From Saccostrea echinata (lineage: Eukaryota), in the NCBI RefSeq assembly GCF_033153115.1, contig NW_026889753.1:9920001-9984000 (forward strand): a DNA stretch of 64,000 nucleotides, given 5' to 3'. A program made the translations under genes and the position numbers. The notes under the pieces are model-generated. The model did no database searches and was not told the DNA's origin. It was given only the letters and a program-made list of their open reading frames with translations. Below are positions 24,307 to 37,575 of the stretch, piece after piece; within the stretch, counting starts at the first letter, position 1, and the number at the start of each line of letters is the position of its first letter.

Positions 24307-27300
24307 TCAGCGGGGCTGTTGGATTATATGAGGCTTCTGGACTGGGCGATTCTCATGAGTTGGTAATGGTTTCTGATGATAACTCTTCACAGCCTCTGGG
24401 GGGAAGTCCTTGTCTCCCTATAATAATTAAACACAAAAATGCTAATTGTGATTTCCAGAGCTCATTATTAAGTAAATTCTCATTTTTCCCCCCATTCTGT
24501 TTCAGCTACAATTTTTTATTATGTAAAAAATACTGATTAAATTACATGAGAAACTAGAATGTAGTCGGGCAGTTACTATGATTAGTAAGCCAGTTCAGAC
24601 ATGCATCCTACACATACAAACCTTGGTTACAGCTCCAGACAGAAGAATAGATTGGTGGTGTTTATCAGCACTTACATCACTGAAAATAAGATGATTACAC
24701 TTACATCACTGAAAATAAGATGATTACATGCAGTATGTAAGGTGAATCTCTAACAGCCCAATCATTGTACTCACCCAAAAATTATTTATCATTGTACTAT
24801 TAAACAAATACTAAAATGAATATATCAAATAAATCTGAAATCAAGGGTTTTATTTCAATTCTTTAACAAATAAAATCTCCATTTAAAGCTACAAATATGC
24901 GGCTATGTTAAGGCTGTCCGAAGGCTAAATATGCATTAGAAATATGCTATTATATTTTGAGCTAGATTTTGATTCCAATTTATAATCTATGTATATATGT
25001 GCAGTAAATTTTTGAAGAGAGTTTAATAAGGTATTGTGAAAAAGCAAATTTGTGATGTCACATGACTGTGTTGATCACATGACAGACACTTATAAATTTT
25101 CCCAATTGTTGCACAAAAATCCCATCAGCACAAGTGAAAAACAAAATTATTGAGAACAGTTTGTTACATAAGTCAATTAAACATATTCTTGGGTATATAT
25201 AAAGTGCTGGGGGCAAGTCTGAGTTTTACTTCTTAAGAAAATATTTTACGAGAAATTCAACTTACCCACATACAAGGGGGCATTTTCCACTCTTCATCGC
25301 AATTTACACAAAATAGGATACATTACATACGATCCCCCAGCAAAATTCAGTTAGAGGACATACTTCTCTAGTAGATTCACACAGAACATCTTCAGTTTAT
25401 CTTTATTAATCACTTGTGCCAGTCTAATATACATGCATGGTTTATAAATTCTAACTCTGTCTACAGATGTGTAAGGGGGAGCGTTTCATATTCAGTTTTT
25501 TGTTATTGTTTGAATACGTACATTATCAGAAAGAGAAAAGAATAAAGATATTGTATTGCAAATAATAACCATCATAACAGCACATAGAAACTTTAACCAA
25601 CAATTCAGACACCTGATTTAAACATCAACGTCGAAATTAAATCTACATGCCAGGGAAGGAATGTAAAAGTTATGACACTTTCCCCGTCATGACTGCTTAA
25701 GTTTGCAGTGACTTGACGTCATATTCTATAATGACGTCATATCTTGGTAGTTCAGAGAAGTAATAATGGCTGGTACACTGTGATATTCATTGGAGAGCCT
25801 TATCCTAGCCGCGTAGGGCTTTTCATAAACATTAACACTTAGAAATTTAATCAGCTGTTACATGTCAATTGCTGATAAATGAATGAACTAAATCTTACAC
25901 TGTTCCGAATTCTTCAGCCTGTTCCTGCTTTTCCTCCCTTGATTGATGAGAATCACTTTTATCTGGCTGCTTGTGTTGTACGATTCGCATTCCCCCAGCC
26001 TTAACTGAAAATTAAACAATATAGATAAAGTTGTAAATGTCACCATTTTTAAAAACCACACTGGTCAGCATTTCAACATTTTTCTTTCTTTTCATTCTTA
26101 AATGTGTCTTCGTATTAATAACAAGTGGCTTACTCTGAATCAACTATCAGCTAGAAAGGATGACTGCACTTAAGGACATGCAAAATTTGTGACAAAATAA
26201 ACTTTCAAAACAAGCATTTTTCTTTTCATTGCAAAAATGGTCAACATCCAATCTACAACTTTTTGCAATTACGTTTAATAAAAGTGTGTATTTGCGAAGT
26301 TCGAATCTGTTTTCAAAGGCAGGGATAATAACAATTTCTTGAATCTCCATACGCTAATGAGGACGCCCACTTTTTTACTGACTTTATACACAGTCAGCGC
26401 ATGTTTGTCTATTGTTCTACGTTTAACAGTAGTTGTATATTTGCATAAATAATAATGTATCAAAAGGAGGTTAATAGACAAACATGCGCTCATGGTTAAA
26501 AAGGGAAAAAACTGCTTCTTCTTACATTCGCTCTCTGTGTTGTAACCAAGGATTGTGACATGTTGAATATTATTATTCACCACGTGATTTCTTACCTCAG
26601 GTAACTGTGAATACTTAATTCCGTCACGTGACTTGTAAGGTAGCATGTTTTGTGCTAACTAGGACATTGTGTTCTAACACGTTAAGTCATCTGGCATTGA
26701 CATAAAATCTGCTTTAATTACATTGACATGCTCATATTGTTAATTTCGTTTTGAAACCTTTGTCAGAAGTGTATTTGTGCCATACAGAATGGAGAGGGAG
26801 ATCGGAAAGAGTGATCACGTTTTTTTTTCCAAACATGTCATTGTTATTTATCAAGTCTAATTTTAGACCCATTCTTACAATGTTAGCACCACCTCTCATG
26901 CATATCTAATGTTCATTCAAGGGCAGGTAAATGTAAATTCACTATATTTGGAAAACAGTAAGGACAAAAAACATTGAATCATTTCATTGTATCACAGTCT
27001 AAAATCATTTTAAGATTTAAATTTGGTTCCAAATTGAAAGGATTCTTTTAAATTAATAAACATACAACAGTGAAATAAGGTTTAGATATAAAAGCAACAG
27101 AAGCAACCAAAAAGACCCCAAAACAGGCATTAAGTGCAGTCATCCTTTGAATTTTCTTGTACCTTTATTCACGAAAATAAATGCTTTTACAGTACTCCTA
27201 TTATTCTTTCCTCTTGTACTCAATGACATAGTTATTTGTATTAGGCCTATGACACACTCTTCTATTTAATGGTCTTTTCAAAGCACACAAACATATGAGG

Positions 27301-30300
27301 AACAGTGATTGAACAAAGCCTGAAGTTGTGTATAAAGTAGCTACAGAGCTGTAGCTCTCTGGGTGAGAAAATTAGGACAGATAAACCAGAGAGCTATAAA
27401 TTGAAGCATATTAAAATCTTTTTATTTATGGCACTGATTTTTTGCACACTTTGGGTATAACTTCTTGCATTATATGCAATCCCCAGCTCAAAGCAAAGTA
27501 CTTGTTAATTAACCATATATTTTACCCCCTAATATTGTTACTTTATCTACCTTCAAGCTAAAACATGGATGACCCAACATAGATATCAGAATGTGAATTT
27601 TTTGAAGCTGACATTCCAGGCCATACTGGGCTGTTTTGAACTGTTTTGAACTTAATAAAGTAAAGAGATTAGAAGTAAAATATATGGTTAATAAACAGAT
27701 GTCATTCTTTTGGTGGGGGATGCATATAATACAAAAAATAATACTTGAAGCTTTGAACCAAAAAAGTGGTGCCGTAAATTGAAGGTTTTTAACAATGCTT
27801 GGATCAGCAGAGCTGTATGGTTTGTCTGTCCAAATTTTCTCAACCAGAGAGCTACAGCTCTACAGCTTTGAAGGTATGTACATGCAGCTAAGAGATACCT
27901 ACTAGATGGTTTTAATTATAGAAATTGCACAAGCAAGCTACTTAACAAGTATATACTGGTGTCTCATAATATTGCAGTACTTATTTCTTTTGCGTAAAAA
28001 AGTTACTCCAAATTCATACATTAACTTTTCATCAAATACTATTCATAAACCTTTCAATGGCCTAACTTTTTAGTGGCTAATTATTTTCTAAGCTTTCTTC
28101 GTTTACTTTGTAGTCTATTTTTAAGACAGGAAGTCTTGTTTACCCCCTACTGTGGAGAGTCTTATTTTATCGCAGTATTGAAAAACATGGAGGCTTGACA
28201 CTGTCACAAAGTACAATTTTTATTTTTTAATTTATGATGTAAATCTACATAAAAACTTAACAATAATACAAACTTAAGGCTTTCAAAATATGAACTATAT
28301 TATGGATTTTTATATTCAATAGTCTAAATTAAATAAAAACGTGAATGGAAATCTGAAAAATTTTGTATTATTTGAAAAAATATTTTTCCAACAGGTGTTC
28401 CATACTTTTTAACCATCACTAAAGTCAACATTCAGACGACAGACAGATAGTCTGTCAACAAAAAGGATATGAACTATGTATCCTAATTTTTGGAAAATAT
28501 CGCGATACAATGGAACCCGTGATATAAGGAGAATTAAGGATATATGTTGATGCAAGCATTAAATTTGGGCAACATATCCTAAAAAAAATGCATCCACATA
28601 TTCAAAGATGTTAAAAAAAAAATATAGTGATATTCTTATTTGTTGCATTATTTGACTCCGCAGAAACAAATGAAAACGTTAACACAAGAAATAACCATGC
28701 ACACTTTAATATAAGTTTTATAACATGTCATAAACCAGTCTAGACGAACTCCAAAAACAGCGTTTCTCGAAGTAAGAAATTGAAACTGAAAAAGACTCTG
28801 AAAAAAGAGTCCGCGCATGCGCACACGCACAAAAAATCGTGATTTTTTGGCAAATATGATGGGTCTACAAAAACTGTCTGTGCAAAGTTTTGGAAAGTAT
28901 GGCAATTACGCCAGTACTCAGAAATGCTAAATAAGAGACTTTGGGAGAGATCGTATTTGTCTGATTTTTTATTTTATTTGCAAAAAAAGAGATATTTACT
29001 TTCAAAGTTGACGTTTGAAGTCAGGTCAATTACAGAGAAAATGATACGTTTGAGAAGTAAATATGCATAATAAAAGGGATATATATGCAAAATGGGATAA
29101 TATATATTGTAACTGTTAAAAACTTGACTGAATTTTACACATAAATTAGCATTCAGGTATTTTTATTTGTGTACGACATATGAATTGAACGCTTAAGTTC
29201 TTACTATTGTTATTTACCAATTTTTTATCACATACGAACAGATATTATTATGAAAACATTTTTTAAAACTATTGGCTATCAATATGAAATCTTTAAAAAC
29301 CACTCTTCTAGAAATTAAGGTCACAACATGTCTTCTAAAAATGAACCTGTGAATATCTCTGCTCCGTTGTGAAAAATACGCATTTTCTAATTAAAATAAA
29401 TACAAGTTGGGTGTCAAAGCACCTATATTGTAGGAACAACATAAAATTTAAATCAAGGAGACAATAAATCAAATAAGAAAATAATTCTTACCGGCAGTAT
29501 TGAATTCAATGTCGTATATCCAATTTACTACTATGCAAGAGTTTGAATCAATAAATAAGTCAATACCCAAAAAATAATTTTCCATTCAACAAAAATTAAA
29601 ATAAAGTCACAATGCACTAAATACAGCCATCATGCACCTGTATATTTGGAGAAAGCGAACGACAATCCATCGTTTGTTTACATCGGACGCCATTTTGCCG
29701 CATTGCATGATGGAGCCAAAGACTTTGTTTTCGGAGTTCACGCTGTTTTTAGAGTTTGTCTAGACTGTAAACTACCCTACCACATGACGAAGTTCCCTTT
29801 TGATAAAACATCAAAACGATTTCTAGACAATATAAAAATCTTGACATATTATTGAAAATAACACTTTTTTTTTAAAAAAAATTCATGTTGTTTACATTAA
29901 TTTAAGTTGCCAATATTGCACCCATTCATCTCTCCAGTCTTAAATTCAAAGGTTTACATGTGGGTGGGCAGGTGATAGAAGAAGCGACCTAAATTCCATA
30001 ACATTATTTCTCTGATAGAATCAAGGTAAAAAGAGAAATGTACAGATAACTTGTGTAACCTTGATTTGATGGGAAGGGGTACATTTTTTAAAATATATAT
30101 TTAGATCTAATACTTCCTTTTTAAACTAATTTTATTCATATCAAAAAAAAGTTGCACCATTCACAAGTATGCCTCCATGACACTGCCACCCACCCAAGCA
30201 CAGTGTATAAACATATACTCTCATGTGCATAACACCATGCGGCATGCCACACTACTGCGTAATACGGATCGTTGACCCGAGCAGCTGTTCACTAAGAAAC

Positions 30301-30422
30301 CTTATAAGGAACCCTTGCGATAAAACTTTTTGAAAAAAAAGATGCTGAATTTAATTTTCTTTTATCTTACCAGCAGGAGGATGTCCTGCTAACAAATCAC
30401 TTTCTTCTTGCGCGTCTGACAT
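24307..30422 (-). CDS. DAP: Death-associated protein 1 (DAP1/DAP family), 4 exons, 108 aa
   Basis: Exons 30371-30422, 25899-26004, 24622-24679 and 24307-24417 with phases 1, 2, 0. The protein MSDAQEESDLLAGHPPAVKAGGMRIVQHK...LSGAVTKGDKDFPPEAVKSYHQKP...HIIQQPR matches the DAP1 signature motifs. Confidence 0.95.
27343..27862. mobile_element. MITE with inverted termini in DAP intron 1
   Basis: agagctgtagctctctgggtgagaaaattaggacagataaacca versus tggtttgtctgtccaaattttctcaaccagagagctacagctct. Confidence 0.6.
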
Positions 30423-30836
30423 TTCTGTTATCTGTAAGATTCAAAACTGCTTTCTTCTCGAAATCTCTATCACACTAGTTGTTTACGTGTGTCGTTCCCT
30501 TTTGTACGGTGACACCTTTCAGTCACACAAAAGGCACAGATATTGTCAGGGCTGAGAAATGGTTTGTAGCAACACGATTTAGCCTCAATATAAACTTTAA
30601 TTGCACGGATATCGCATAAATTTTGCTCATATTTTTGTGCATAATATTTAATATGCCTCAAATACAATATATTCTAGAAAATCTGGGAATAGAAAAAGCA
30701 GAATTTTCATTTATTTTTAGTCTTTTAGTGTCACCATACTTGCACCACAAAACATACCGAACCCGAACTTAAAAAAATTTTCTACTCTTCAAGTAGGGGA
30801 GGTAAATAAATCTTATACAAGAAAACACAGCCAGAG
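30423..30836. promoter_or_regulatory. Putative bidirectional promoter and 5' UTRs of DAP and the C19orf25-like gene
   Basis: Divergent start codons are only ~415 bp apart. Confidence 0.6.
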
Positions 30837-31793
30837 ATGCTGGGGTTTTTCAAATCAAAATCAAAATCAGTAACGATTCCTGATCGGCCTGTTCCACCTT
30901 CATTTGAACAAATAAAAGAAGACGTGGACACGGCTCCTGACAGTGACATTATGTTTTGTACACGTTCACGTAAGTTTATATCATGCATTTATGTCTTGAA
31001 CATTTCATTGCATACTGTCCAAATACTTATTGACTTGTAAATGACAATTTCTTAAAACTAGTTTTATATATCGAGACCTGATAGCAGAGACATAAATAAT
31101 TAATATATTGCCTGATAGAGATCGAACTTAGTATTTTCTCAGATTTTTTAGGCAACAGACATTGTAAATTCATAATCAACTTTTCAATATTGCAATATGG
31201 GCATACATGTTTCAAAGCCACTTCTTAGTTCTGCATTACAACTACAAATTGTATTTATTTTTGAACTGAAAATTAAAGTAGGAAGGTCCAGTAGTAAAAA
31301 AAAAATTAGAATCTCGTAATTTTTATTAATCAAGTTACATGTACCTCCTATAGATAAGCAATATTATAATTATATAAACACTGTCTGCTATGTAATCATA
31401 AAATTTATAATAATTTATGTTATCCTGCAATGTATATCATTAGAAGTGTAGATTTAGATTACAATGATGTATATCTTTGGAATTACAGGTTCAGGTAGTG
31501 ATTCATCAGAGGAGTATTTTGATGCCCTTTCTGAGTTTGACACTTCTGGGGATGAGGACATGGAGGCGGAACAGGAACATGTATACGATCAGGCTGTAGA
31601 ACTGTTACAGGTGCACCAAAGACTTACTACTGCACCCCAGACTCTGGAGGCAGAGTTAGACAAACTGAGGACTCTGGGACAGGAAGTGTCTGAAGCCGTG
31701 GAGGAAATCAGACAGATGTCAAAACCTGTCCCTCATCAATCAGAAGATTCCAGCATCTCAGGTCAACAGAAAAAGACAAAAATTAAATCATAA
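30837..31793 (+). CDS. C19orf25: UPF0449 protein, C19orf25 homolog, 2 exons, ~145 aa
   Basis: Exons 30837-30969 and 31489-31793 (phase 1). IPDRPVPPSFEQIKEDVDTAPDSDIMF resembles the C19orf25 LPTRPAPPTVEQILEDV..A...DPVF motif. C-terminal coiled coil. Confidence 0.85.
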
Positions 31794-32117
31794 GCTTCTG
31801 TATGTTAAATGATACAAAAAACAATTGTATGTGAGATAAGTATATGATTTGTTAAAAGATTCCAATGTTCACATTATACACAATTATATACAATATGGTA
31901 GATGGTTTCTCCCGTGTTCATTATTCTGTATTGGAATTATGTGTGCAGTCATGTGAACTTACTTGTTGCTCTAAAACCCACATAGAAAGATGAATACTTT
32001 TGTGTATTTATACCTGTAAAAGTTTTATTGATGATGAACATTATGCAGAATCTTTTTTTTTGTAATTACATAATTTAGTATATATTTAAGTTAAAATAAT
32101 ATGGATCTCTTATTCAA

Positions 32118-32431
32118 AGCAATATGAGCTGCATTTTTTGAGAAATCTATTTTGATGTTAAAATGTGCTGTTATGATAAATCTGTATGTAATTTAATCCT
32201 TTATGATCAATTTAAAGTATTAATTTTTTTCAGAAGAAAGATTTCTGTACAATAAAATGTATAGTATTATATAAGAAATCAATATTGTACAGGATAACAT
32301 TAATGTAACTTTTCTTCAATCAGACCTTATAAATAGTTATGAACAACAGAAGTTTACAAAAGTTCTTTTTTTCTGTCATTGAAATAGTTAATTACAATAT
32401 TTCTAAGATCAAAGTTGCAGCTCATATTGCT
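32118..32431. mobile_element. TTAA-type MITE (Kolobok/piggyBac-like), copy 1
   Basis: TIR agcaatatgagctgca. Homologous to 34353-34689. Confidence 0.8.
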
Positions 32432-32826
32432 TTAACATCCCAGAGAGTTGTCAACCAAATCATAAGATCATAATAGAAAGTATTGTAATTGAATCATAAT
32501 TAGAAAATACACATGTACATGTATTATAGTACATATACACAATATAAGTATTATAAGTTTTAAGTGCTGCATATGCTGTATATCCTCTTGGTGAACTAGA
32601 CAAGGATCCGCATTTCCTTGAAAATCTTGAATATTTTCTGTAATTTAAGGTTAAAATAAATATCCTGGAAAATTCTTATTACAAACAGGATGTACAAAAA
32701 TATCTTGCCTTTGAACAAGTGAAAAAAGTATTTAAAAAATTAAAGGGCTATTGTAAGTAATGGTTTATTCAATTTTCATCTGTGAAATATATGTACATGT
32801 ATTACAAATATGATCGTAGTATTTAA

Positions 32827-33251
32827 AGGGGCCTGGACACAGCTGCATTGTTTACATTTTTAATATCTATGTTTCTTCAAAAGTAAAACCAGTTAAATGA
32901 ATTGATCTTAAGTGAAAATTCTAAAAGTTCAATGACAAAGACATTCTTCTTTACATCACGTCGAAAATCTGTTTTTTGTAAACAAGGCACGAGCTCTGTT
33001 ATTGTGAATATTTACGTTTCACCGGTGTGTTCAATTTGTTAAACTCTGCACGCATCATTGAGCACGGACTGACAATATTGGCGAGTTGGCATTTCTACTA
33101 CAATTTTTTTAGTTTATAATTTTAATACTTTCATAAATACACAACAAAATTTCTACTTTTCTTGAGTATTAAGGATAAAGTTTACTTTATGAAAGTGCAA
33201 CATGATATTATACATGAGAAAATTTAACTTCAAATCTGTGTCCAAGCCCCT
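32827..33251. mobile_element. TTAA-flanked MITE
   Basis: TTAA-aggggcctggacac ... gtgtccaagcccct-TTAA. Confidence 0.75.
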
Positions 33252-34352
33252 TTAAAGTACACATATATAACCAAGCGGAGAAGGAAGACGCAGGTTTTAT
33301 AAATTTATTAGGAAAATGAAAAAGCAATGGCAGATGTGAAATATGTACAAACAAATAATACAATATCATAATAACAGAGACTTTGATATTAATACACTGA
33401 AACAAGATACTTTAATTTCCTATTCACTTCATAAATAAGAAAATTAAAGTTGTCTTAACCCAAAAGTGGTATTTTCATGGTTTAAAAACGTTTCTTTCAA
33501 AAATATGGAAAATACTTAAGCTTATCACTTGGACTTAATAAATAAATTACAAAAAATTTAATAAAAGAAAATTTACCTTTCAAGTGGTGACAACGGGCAG
33601 CTGGTAATTTGTAAGAGTAGAGTTAAATTTCCCGCACTGACAGGAATGAGCCCCTGCCTCAGTATTTATAGAAGGAAACTTACTGGCCAATGAAATTTTA
33701 TGAGTAGAATTCATGAATGAATACCAAAACACGAATTGGCTACTAGCAAATATTGCATATAGTAAATAATGGCTCAGCTAGTTCTTAAGAAAAAATAGAA
33801 AAAAATATTTTAAATAAATATCACTCTGCCACACATAAAATATTGGCACCCAGCCATGAAGACATATAACACATAAACAATTTGTTTTGCTCATTTTTGA
33901 AATATTGGTTTATATTTTCAACACAATGAGATTCAAAAATCATTAAAGATATTCATTTATGCATGAAATATGATTTAATACTGCATCCCTTATACATGTA
34001 TCAAAGTTGCTTTTTAAAAATATAGCATGCTTTTATCATTTAAACAGTGTTATTTGTTGTAGGAAATGAACCTTAGTCTTGATGTACAACTCGCTATCAT
34101 CCACCCACATAACAAATGTAGCTTCATTTGATATGAATTATGGATAAAATACTATGTCATGTATGTAGAAGTATTATTTAACCACAAACATACCAATATT
34201 AAAACGTCTTTAGGCATAATGAAGAAGGTGAAGACTTTGTGTTTTGTAGTAAGGGACAAAATGATAGATTTTTTATAAAACGATAACATCTACAAGAAGA
34301 GCACTATGCAAATTTTATTTTATACAAGTATTATTAAATAGAAACAGTTTAA

Positions 34353-34689
34353 AGCAATATGAGCTGCATTTTTAAAAATCTTATTTTGCTTTAAAATATA
34401 CTGTTTTGATGAAATTTAAACTTTCATGATCAATTAGGCAAAATAAAGTATTAATTATGTTTCAGAAGATCGATTTCTGAATAACGGAATGTATAGTATT
34501 ATATAAGAACCCAATAATGTACAGGACGACAATAATGTAATTTTGCTTCAATTAAAGCTTATAAATAGTTCTTCCATCGCAAATATGAACAACAGAAGTT
34601 TATAAATGTTCTTTTTTTCTGTCATTGGATTAGTTAATTACAATATTGAACGAAAAATTTCTGACATCAAACTTGCAGCTCATATTGCT
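34353..34689. mobile_element. TTAA-type MITE, copy 2, in the 3' flank of TLR-A
   Basis: TTAA TSD at 34349-52 and 34690-93. The paralogous site at ~55810 is empty. Confidence 0.85.
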
Positions 34690-34816
34690 TTAACAAGCGA
34701 GCTCTGAGAAAAAAAGTATGACTACTAATGTTCCTGACAAAACACCACTTATACACTTTAACATATTCTTTGAAAATCCTGTATATTTTTGCTAGAAATT
34801 TGAAATGTCTTTTTAA

Positions 34817-36886
34817 TTAATATTTGATTGCGGATATCACTCTATTCCAAAACATTTCCTTCCCCGATTTTTCATTGGTCCACTCTATGAAGGTGGTTGT
34901 CTTCAGCAGAACATGTAAAGAGTTGGTCATATTTTTTGTAAGGATATTTTCCAAAATAATTACAATAACCATCTCCTTTTCCTTATTTATTGTTCGCAAC
35001 TGTGCCAGCATGGTTTCGAATCGACACCAATGGCTCTGTGCAAAGCTGTTAGACAAAATGATAAGAATCTTTCGGCTTCTATGCATGGTGTCGGTTATAT
35101 TATCTACGATAAGTTTTCCCACTTGGAAATCTCTGTCATGTAGACAAAGTTTGAATTTTGCTTCCTTCTCTAGTTTTGGTACAATTTCTGAAATAACCCA
35201 TACTCTATCATTAGAATTATAAGCTACAAAAACATCGAAGGCAAATTCATCGCCTCCTAATATTTCATAACCTCGTCTTTTGGCACGCAAGAGGTATAAA
35301 TAGTACTTAATATGCCAGCGTTTTTGGTATAATACACACGAAACTATAACGATGACAATCACTGCAAAGGATACCGATACAGCCACCAGAATATATGGAT
35401 TGAAAGGGTGACAAAATTGGAAACTTAGATGGAAATCAGCGAGATTCCGTCCTTTCCATTCCTGTGGGAGATTGCATACATACTCTTTTGGCCAACCGAG
35501 AAGCTGATGTGAATGATGTTGAATCCACCCTCGAAACCAAACTAGATTACATGTACACAAGAAGGGATTTCCTTTCAAGCCAATTTGTTCAATATGATCT
35601 GGAAGGTTTGTTTTAGTCAAAGTAGTTATCAGATTGTAATCTAAAAGAAGAGTCTTCAAATTTACTGATGTCGATGAAAATATCCCCAAGTGGGATTCAT
35701 TTATAAAACAGTTTTGTAAGGAAAGCTTTTTCAGGTTTGGCATGATGGTGAAGAGGGTTTTCGGGAAGGTTGATACAGCGGTACCTTTTAATGTAAGTTC
35801 CTGAAGTTTCGTGAGAGGCCGAAAAAGCTTGAACAATTTCCAGTCTAGGTTATGTGACGCGTTAAGCTGTATCCCAGTCATATCTAGTATTTTCAAATTA
35901 CGACAATGTTGGAAAATATTTACAGCATGACTGATAATATTCATTTTGTTTGCCATGTATAAAAACGTCAAAGAAGAACTATTGAAAGAATATTCATTAA
36001 CTGTTACATCCGGTGCAAGGTTTTCGAGTGACAAATATTGAAGATTAGGTAAGCCATTTATGAAGTTCTTAACGATGGTCTGAATTTTGTTATATCCAAG
36101 CGTTAGATTTCGAAGATTTGGCAAGCATTCTTTCATGAAATTTCTTTTCTTTATGACGGATATTAGATTATCACTCAGGTGAAGAACTTTAAGCTTCGGG
36201 AAACTTGGTTTGCCACTAAAGCAGAATTTTGGAACTAATAGTAATTTGTTTTTCCTCAGATTCAGAACTTCCATATTCGGCATCACTCTCTTGAATTCAA
36301 CAAATGAAATTTCGTTGTTCGTCAATGAAATCAGTTGCATCTGTTGGGGTAACGACAACAAGTTTCCACTGAAATTGTAAAGCACATTGTCGTCTAAGTA
36401 AATTCGTCTTAATTTTTTCAACTGTACAAAAAAGTCATCTGACATATTAGCCATATGCAGCTGTGTGAGATAGAGTTCCTGTATGACCCCAGTCTGTAAT
36501 CCATGAACTACTTTCTTAAGTTTCTTTGCATGTAAATTGTTGTCACTAAGGTCCAGGGATAGTAGGTGAGGAAGTTTCCGGAAAGCACGTTTATTCACTT
36601 GATTAATGCTGTTCCTTCTTAAGACAAGTTTGGTAAGGTGTAGATGGGATATATTATCGAAAACGTTATCTCTCATGTGGTGCAGAGAATTACGACTAAA
36701 TGTGAGAGAGGTGATATTTCTAGGAAGAGGAGGAATGTAATCCAGTTGTTTGCCATGTCCCTCACAGATTGCTTCGTTCTTCTGACACACACAAACATCA
36801 GGACATGAAATATTCCCCAGTATGGACAAAAAACTCACTGGTAGAAGATGTAATAAAAACAGACAAAACTTCGCATTCAAACGCAT
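34817..36886 (-). CDS. TLR: Toll-like receptor A (single exon, single-cysteine-cluster type), 689 aa
   Basis: Signal peptide, LRRNT CPDVCVC, many LxxLxLxxN repeats, LRRCT NPFLCTC, a TM helix, and a TIR domain (FDVFVAY, LHDRDFQVG, FW). Confidence 0.95.
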   Translation of the reverse strand: MRLNAKFCLFLLHLLPVSFLSILGNISCPDVCVCQKNEAICEGHGKQLDYIPPLPRNITSLTFSRNSLHHMRDNVFDNISHLHLTKLVLRRNSINQVNKRAFRKLPHLLSLDLSDNNLHAKKLKKVVHGLQTGVIQELYLTQLHMANMSDDFFVQLKKLRRIYLDDNVLYNFSGNLLSLPQQMQLISLTNNEISFVEFKRVMPNMEVLNLRKNKLLLVPKFCFSGKPSFPKLKVLHLSDNLISVIKKRNFMKECLPNLRNLTLGYNKIQTIVKNFINGLPNLQYLSLENLAPDVTVNEYSFNSSSLTFLYMANKMNIISHAVNIFQHCRNLKILDMTGIQLNASHNLDWKLFKLFRPLTKLQELTLKGTAVSTFPKTLFTIMPNLKKLSLQNCFINESHLGIFSSTSVNLKTLLLDYNLITTLTKTNLPDHIEQIGLKGNPFLCTCNLVWFRGWIQHHSHQLLGWPKEYVCNLPQEWKGRNLADFHLSFQFCHPFNPYILVAVSVSFAVIVIVIVSCVLYQKRWHIKYYLYLLRAKRRGYEILGGDEFAFDVFVAYNSNDRVWVISEIVPKLEKEAKFKLCLHDRDFQVGKLIVDNITDTMHRSRKILIILSNSFAQSHWCRFETMLAQLRTINKEKEMVIVIILENILTKNMTNSLHVLLKTTTFIEWTNEKSGKEMFWNRVISAIKY

Positions 36887-37446
36887 CTTGAAGTAAGCTA
36901 ATACGTTGACAAAACATTTTCTAAATACTTTTTATCAGGAAATATTTTTGCGTAGTCTTAAGTATTTTCCGGGTCTTGCATACAGCTTTATTACTATTAT
37001 TATTTTTGCGACAATATCTTTAAAATATATTTGACATACTTATAAAGATCATTAAATTCATATTGTATACATATATGCATTTCTAAAAATAATCATTATA
37101 TGAGAACATTTTTTTGGAAAATTATAGAAACATTTCAGATCATTTTTTTCTTAGTTGTATGTCATTGTGAATCAAATTGTAATTTGATGGCGAAAATGAA
37201 TCTGCTTCAAAATACAAGTAGGTCTTTTCCTGTTTTTCCCCTTTGTCTATTCTTTTACGTAAGTACTGAGCTTAAGGAAAACGTGAAGGAGGGCTTTTCA
37301 TATTATGTAAGGATATTCTATCAAGTGACAATCCTTCAAAAAAAAAAATGTAAACTTGTATAAAAGAGATATGTACGAAGTGATTTGCAATGTATAAGAT
37401 TTCGTAAGTGTCAAGAGGTGAGGACGTTACCAGGAAACAGGTTGAT

Positions 37447-37575
37447 NNNNNNNNNNNNNNNNNNNNNNNNNNNNNNNNNNNNNNNNNNNNNNNNNNNNNN
37501 NNNNNNNNNNNNNNNNNNNNNNNNNNNNNNNNNNNNNNNNNNNNNNNNNNNNNNNNNNNNNNNNNNNNNNNNNNN
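37447..37575. other. Assembly gap
   Basis: Run of N. Confidence 1.

Noticed and set aside
34824-35222. Antisense ORFs over the TIR domains (also 44055-44402 and 55944-56342)
   Set aside because: They are shadow frames of the conserved TIR coding sequence, with no independent protein features.
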